From an uncultured Alphaproteobacteria bacterium (GTDB taxonomy: Bacteria > Pseudomonadota > Alphaproteobacteria > Rs-D84), in the NCBI GenBank assembly GCA_944389595.1, contig CALXMY010000001.1:169532-233531 (forward strand): 64,000 bases of DNA. Reading direction: 5' to 3'. Within the stretch, counting starts at the first letter, position 1. Each line of letters starts with the position of its first letter. Below, one piece after another: positions 60,792-64,000 of the stretch. A program made the translations under genes and the position numbers. The notes under the pieces are model-generated. The model was not told the DNA's origin, did not search any database, and was given only the letters and a program-made list of their open reading frames with translations.

Positions 60792-62849
60792 ATGAAACGC
60801 GAATTATTTGAATTTTTAAATACCGATTTACAGTTTATCAAAGGTGTCGGTCCTGTTTTGGCCGCACGATTTGATGATGTTTTGCCGGGCCGGCGCGTTT
60901 TGGATTTTATGTTGCATACGCCGGCATATATTCGTGCGCGTGGAATTACCGAAAATATCACAGATGTTGAACCTGGGGCTTCGGTCACAATACCATTGTT
61001 GGTAAAATCGCATCGGGCGGGCGGGGTATTTCGGGGGCATCGTCGCCCAACCCAGATTATTTGCAGCGATAAAATGGGAAACAATGTCACAATTCAATTT
61101 TTTAATGTAAACTTTTTGGATTATTGGCTAAAAAAATTGCCAATTGGTGAATGGCGCATGGTCAGTGGAAAATTAGAGCGTGGCGGCACGCGCCCAACGA
61201 TAAATCATCCTGATTTTATCGAAGAAATGCAAAACGCAGATAAAATTCCATCGATTCAGGCAATTTATCCATCGGGCGAGGGTCTAACCCAAAAAACATT
61301 TTCAAACGTTCGTGACCAGATTTTTAATTTATTGCCCGATAAAATTGCGGATGAAACGGATGGCAATGTTGTTGAGTTTTTTGATGCATTGCGTCATGTA
61401 CATTATCCGGAAACTGCGGATGATTTATATCCGAATTCGACATATATGGTTAAATTGGCATATTGGGAATTATTGGCGCATCAATCGGCAATTGTTATCA
61501 GTCGTCGTAATCGTGCCGATGTTCGTAATCGTCGCATTGTACGTCCCAAAAAATACGATTTAATGGGCAAATTTTATTCAATATTGCCATTTGATATGAC
61601 TGGGGCGCAAACGCGCACATTGCGTGAAATATTTGATGATATGGCGCGCGATGTTCCAATGATGCGCCTGGTTCAGGGCGATGTGGGCAGTGGTAAAACA
61701 ATTGTTGCATTGGCGGTGGCGATTAAAATGGCGGAATCTGGTGCACAAACGGCATTGTTGGCACCAACCGATACATTGGCCCAGCAACATTATGCAAAAA
61801 TTAAACCTATGTGCGATAAATTGGGGCTGGTTTGTGACATTTTAACCGGCCGGGACAAGGGCGCACCGCGTCGTGAGAAATTAATATCATTACGTTCGGG
61901 GCGCACAAAAATTGTTGTTGGCACCCATGCATTATTTTCGGACGATGTTGAATATCGTGATTTGGGTTTGGTAATTGTTGATGAACAGCATCGCTTTGGT
62001 GTGTCCCAGCGCGAGGCTTTACGTGCCAAGGGCGCAAATCCAGATTTATTGGCGTTGTCGGCAACACCAATTCCGCGAACTTTATCAATGACAATATATG
62101 GCGATATGGATGTGTCAATTATAAATGAAAAGCCCGCGGGTCGATTGCCCATTATAACGACCAAGTTGCCAATCGCGCGTGTGAATGAATTGGTTTCGCG
62201 ATTAAAGTTACAAATTGATTCCGGTGCCAAAGTGTTTTGGGTATGTCCATTGGTGGACGATTCTGAATTATCAGATTTAACCGCGGTAAATGCGCGCTAT
62301 GATGAATTGAAAAAAATTTTTCCACATGCGGGTTTAGTGCACGGCCAAATGGACAAAAAACATCGTGATGCCGTTATGGCAAAATTTGCCGACGATAATT
62401 CAGATATGAAAATATTGGTTGCGACCACTGTCATAGAGGTTGGTATTGATGTCCCACGTGCAACGATAATTGTTATTGAAAACGCCGAACGTTTCGGGTT
62501 GGCGGCACTGCATCAGTTGCGCGGACGTGTGGGGCGCGGGAACTTGCAATCTTATTGCATATTACTGTACGGCCGCAATATTACCGCCGAAGGCATGCGG
62601 CGTTTGGATGTATTAACGGAAACAGACGACGGTTTTGCCATTGCCGAACAGGATTTAATTATGCGCGGCACCGGGGAATTATTGGGCACCCGCCAAAGCG
62701 GTTGGATAAATTATCATTTTGTTGATTATGTACGTCACAGGGATTTATTCAAATTGGCGGCATCTGCGGCACGTGATATGGTCGGTGTTGATGCGTGGAC
62801 GCGTGATTTAATGTTTATATTTGACCGTGGGGTGACAATCAGTGCGTAA
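60792..62849 (+). CDS. recG: ATP-dependent DNA helicase RecG
   Basis: QGDVGSGKT, DEQHRFG, SATPIPR and HQLRGRVGRG. Confidence 0.97.
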   Translation: MKRELFEFLNTDLQFIKGVGPVLAARFDDVLPGRRVLDFMLHTPAYIRARGITENITDVEPGASVTIPLLVKSHRAGGVFRGHRRPTQIICSDKMGNNVTIQFFNVNFLDYWLKKLPIGEWRMVSGKLERGGTRPTINHPDFIEEMQNADKIPSIQAIYPSGEGLTQKTFSNVRDQIFNLLPDKIADETDGNVVEFFDALRHVHYPETADDLYPNSTYMVKLAYWELLAHQSAIVISRRNRADVRNRRIVRPKKYDLMGKFYSILPFDMTGAQTRTLREIFDDMARDVPMMRLVQGDVGSGKTIVALAVAIKMAESGAQTALLAPTDTLAQQHYAKIKPMCDKLGLVCDILTGRDKGAPRREKLISLRSGRTKIVVGTHALFSDDVEYRDLGLVIVDEQHRFGVSQREALRAKGANPDLLALSATPIPRTLSMTIYGDMDVSIINEKPAGRLPIITTKLPIARVNELVSRLKLQIDSGAKVFWVCPLVDDSELSDLTAVNARYDELKKIFPHAGLVHGQMDKKHRDAVMAKFADDNSDMKILVATTVIEVGIDVPRATIIVIENAERFGLAALHQLRGRVGRGNLQSYCILLYGRNITAEGMRRLDVLTETDDGFAIAEQDLIMRGTGELLGTRQSGWINYHFVDYVRHRDLFKLAASAARDMVGVDAWTRDLMFIFDRGVTISA

Positions 62850-64000
62850 AATATTTATATTTTTATTTTGTGCCGTTTTTGCAATGCCTGTATGGGCGGC
62901 ATCGCTGATTAACGATACAGAAACCGAACGTGTCATAACGGAATTAATCGAACCATTGGCGGCGGCGGCAAATATCCCAGATGGACGTTTACGTGTACAC
63001 ATAATAAATGACAATGAATTTAATGCGTTTGTTATGGGGGGCGAAGATGTTTATGTTTATACCGGTCTGTTGACACAAATAAAATCCCCCGATGCGCTGC
63101 AGGCGGTAATTGCGCATGAACTGGGGCACACATTGGGCGGTCATATGGCACAAATGGCCGATCGAATGAATGCAGAAATGACACGAACCATGCTGATTCA
63201 GGCACTGGGGATTGGATTGATGGCGGTTGGTGGCGACCCATCGTTGGGGGCGGGTGTATTGGCGGGGTCCAGTGGCATTGCCCAACAATCTATGTTGGCA
63301 TTTACCCGGGACGAGGAACGCATTGCCGATGACATGGGTTTAAAATTGATGATACGCGCGAAACTGGACCCAAATGGATTTATTCAGGTGTTTGAACAAA
63401 TGGGGCATATGACCGGTGCGTTGGAATCGCGTATTAATCCAAATCGAATAAATCACCCATTAACAGCGGAACGATTAAGTAACGTTCGGGCCCAAATGGA
63501 AAAAATGGAACGCGGTTATCAGCCACAAAATGCCCCCACGAATAATCAACGTGCCGAATATGAATTGGTGCGCGCAAAATTAATTGGTTATTTGGACAGT
63601 GCGGAAAATGTCGCCACGGCATATCCAAATTCGGACACATCAGATGCGGCATTGTATGCGCGCGCAATTGCACGAATGCGCGTCGGTAATTTGGATGATG
63701 CGCGTATTGGTACACTGACATTAATATCACACAATCCACAAAATCCGTATTTTTATGAACTGTTGGGCGATATAGAATACCAATTGGGGCATTATGACGA
63801 CAGTGTTGATGCATATGAAAAATCATTGGAATTAACAGAAAATGCGCCACAAATTGAAACAGCATTGGCATTGGTGTTAACCGAACGGAACAAGCCGGGC
63901 GATCGCGCCCGCGCAATTGAAATGTGCAAACGTGCATTGTTGGCAGAACCGATGCCGCTGACATATTGGGTTTTGGCCCGTGCATATGATGATGGGCGTG
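62842..64000 (+). CDS. M48 metalloprotease with TPR repeats (BepA/YfgC-like); 3' end runs off the window
   Basis: GTG start overlapping the recG end; signal peptide; FNAFV.GG; AHELGH zinc motif; HP.T..R. Confidence 0.9.
   Translation, partial: MRKIFIFLFCAVFAMPVWAASLINDTETERVITELIEPLAAAANIPDGRLRVHIINDNEFNAFVMGGEDVYVYTGLLTQIKSPDALQAVIAHELGHTLGGHMAQMADRMNAEMTRTMLIQALGIGLMAVGGDPSLGAGVLAGSSGIAQQSMLAFTRDEERIADDMGLKLMIRAKLDPNGFIQVFEQMGHMTGALESRINPNRINHPLTAERLSNVRAQMEKMERGYQPQNAPTNNQRAEYELVRAKLIGYLDSAENVATAYPNSDTSDAALYARAIARMRVGNLDDARIGTLTLISHNPQNPYFYELLGDIEYQLGHYDDSVDAYEKSLELTENAPQIETALALVLTERNKPGDRARAIEMCKRALLAEPMPLTYWVLARAYDDGR

Overview
A 64-kb chromosomal segment of an AT-rich, gene-dense alphaproteobacterium. 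Gene content (nrdD, oleate hydratase, lpxI, scattered T4SS parts) fits an anaerobic, host-associated, genome-reduced lineage such as the gut Rs-D84/RF32-type Alphaproteobacteria; this assignment is inference. Most of the window is housekeeping: nrdD, lptE-holA-map-radC, zapA, parC, rpmG, gap, miaA, priA, dnaB, birA, rlmD, lpxI, frr-uppS-cdsA-rseP-bamA, rne, rph, recG and three tRNAs. The standout is a minus-strand podovirus-type virion cluster at about 27.7-40.0 kb: SleB-like hydrolase, holin-like protein, scaffold, capsid, decoration protein, tail tubular A/B, terminase, portal and Bbp19-like gene. It has no integrase or phage replication module and looks like a domesticated gene-transfer-agent (GTA)-like element. 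Its large terminase is split into two intact ORFs (ATPase half and nuclease half) by an antisense dnaB-XRE-hypothetical block fitted flush at both ends. A histone H1-like gene sits between scaffold and capsid. Nearby, a candidate sRNA carries a 12-nt perfect complement to the RBS of a divergent phage-repressor-like HTH gene. The window also holds dispersed Rickettsiales-like T4SS parts (VirB7-VirB8-VirB8 and VirB11) and five orphan proteins sharing a Gln/basic C-terminus ending in Arg (candidate effectors).
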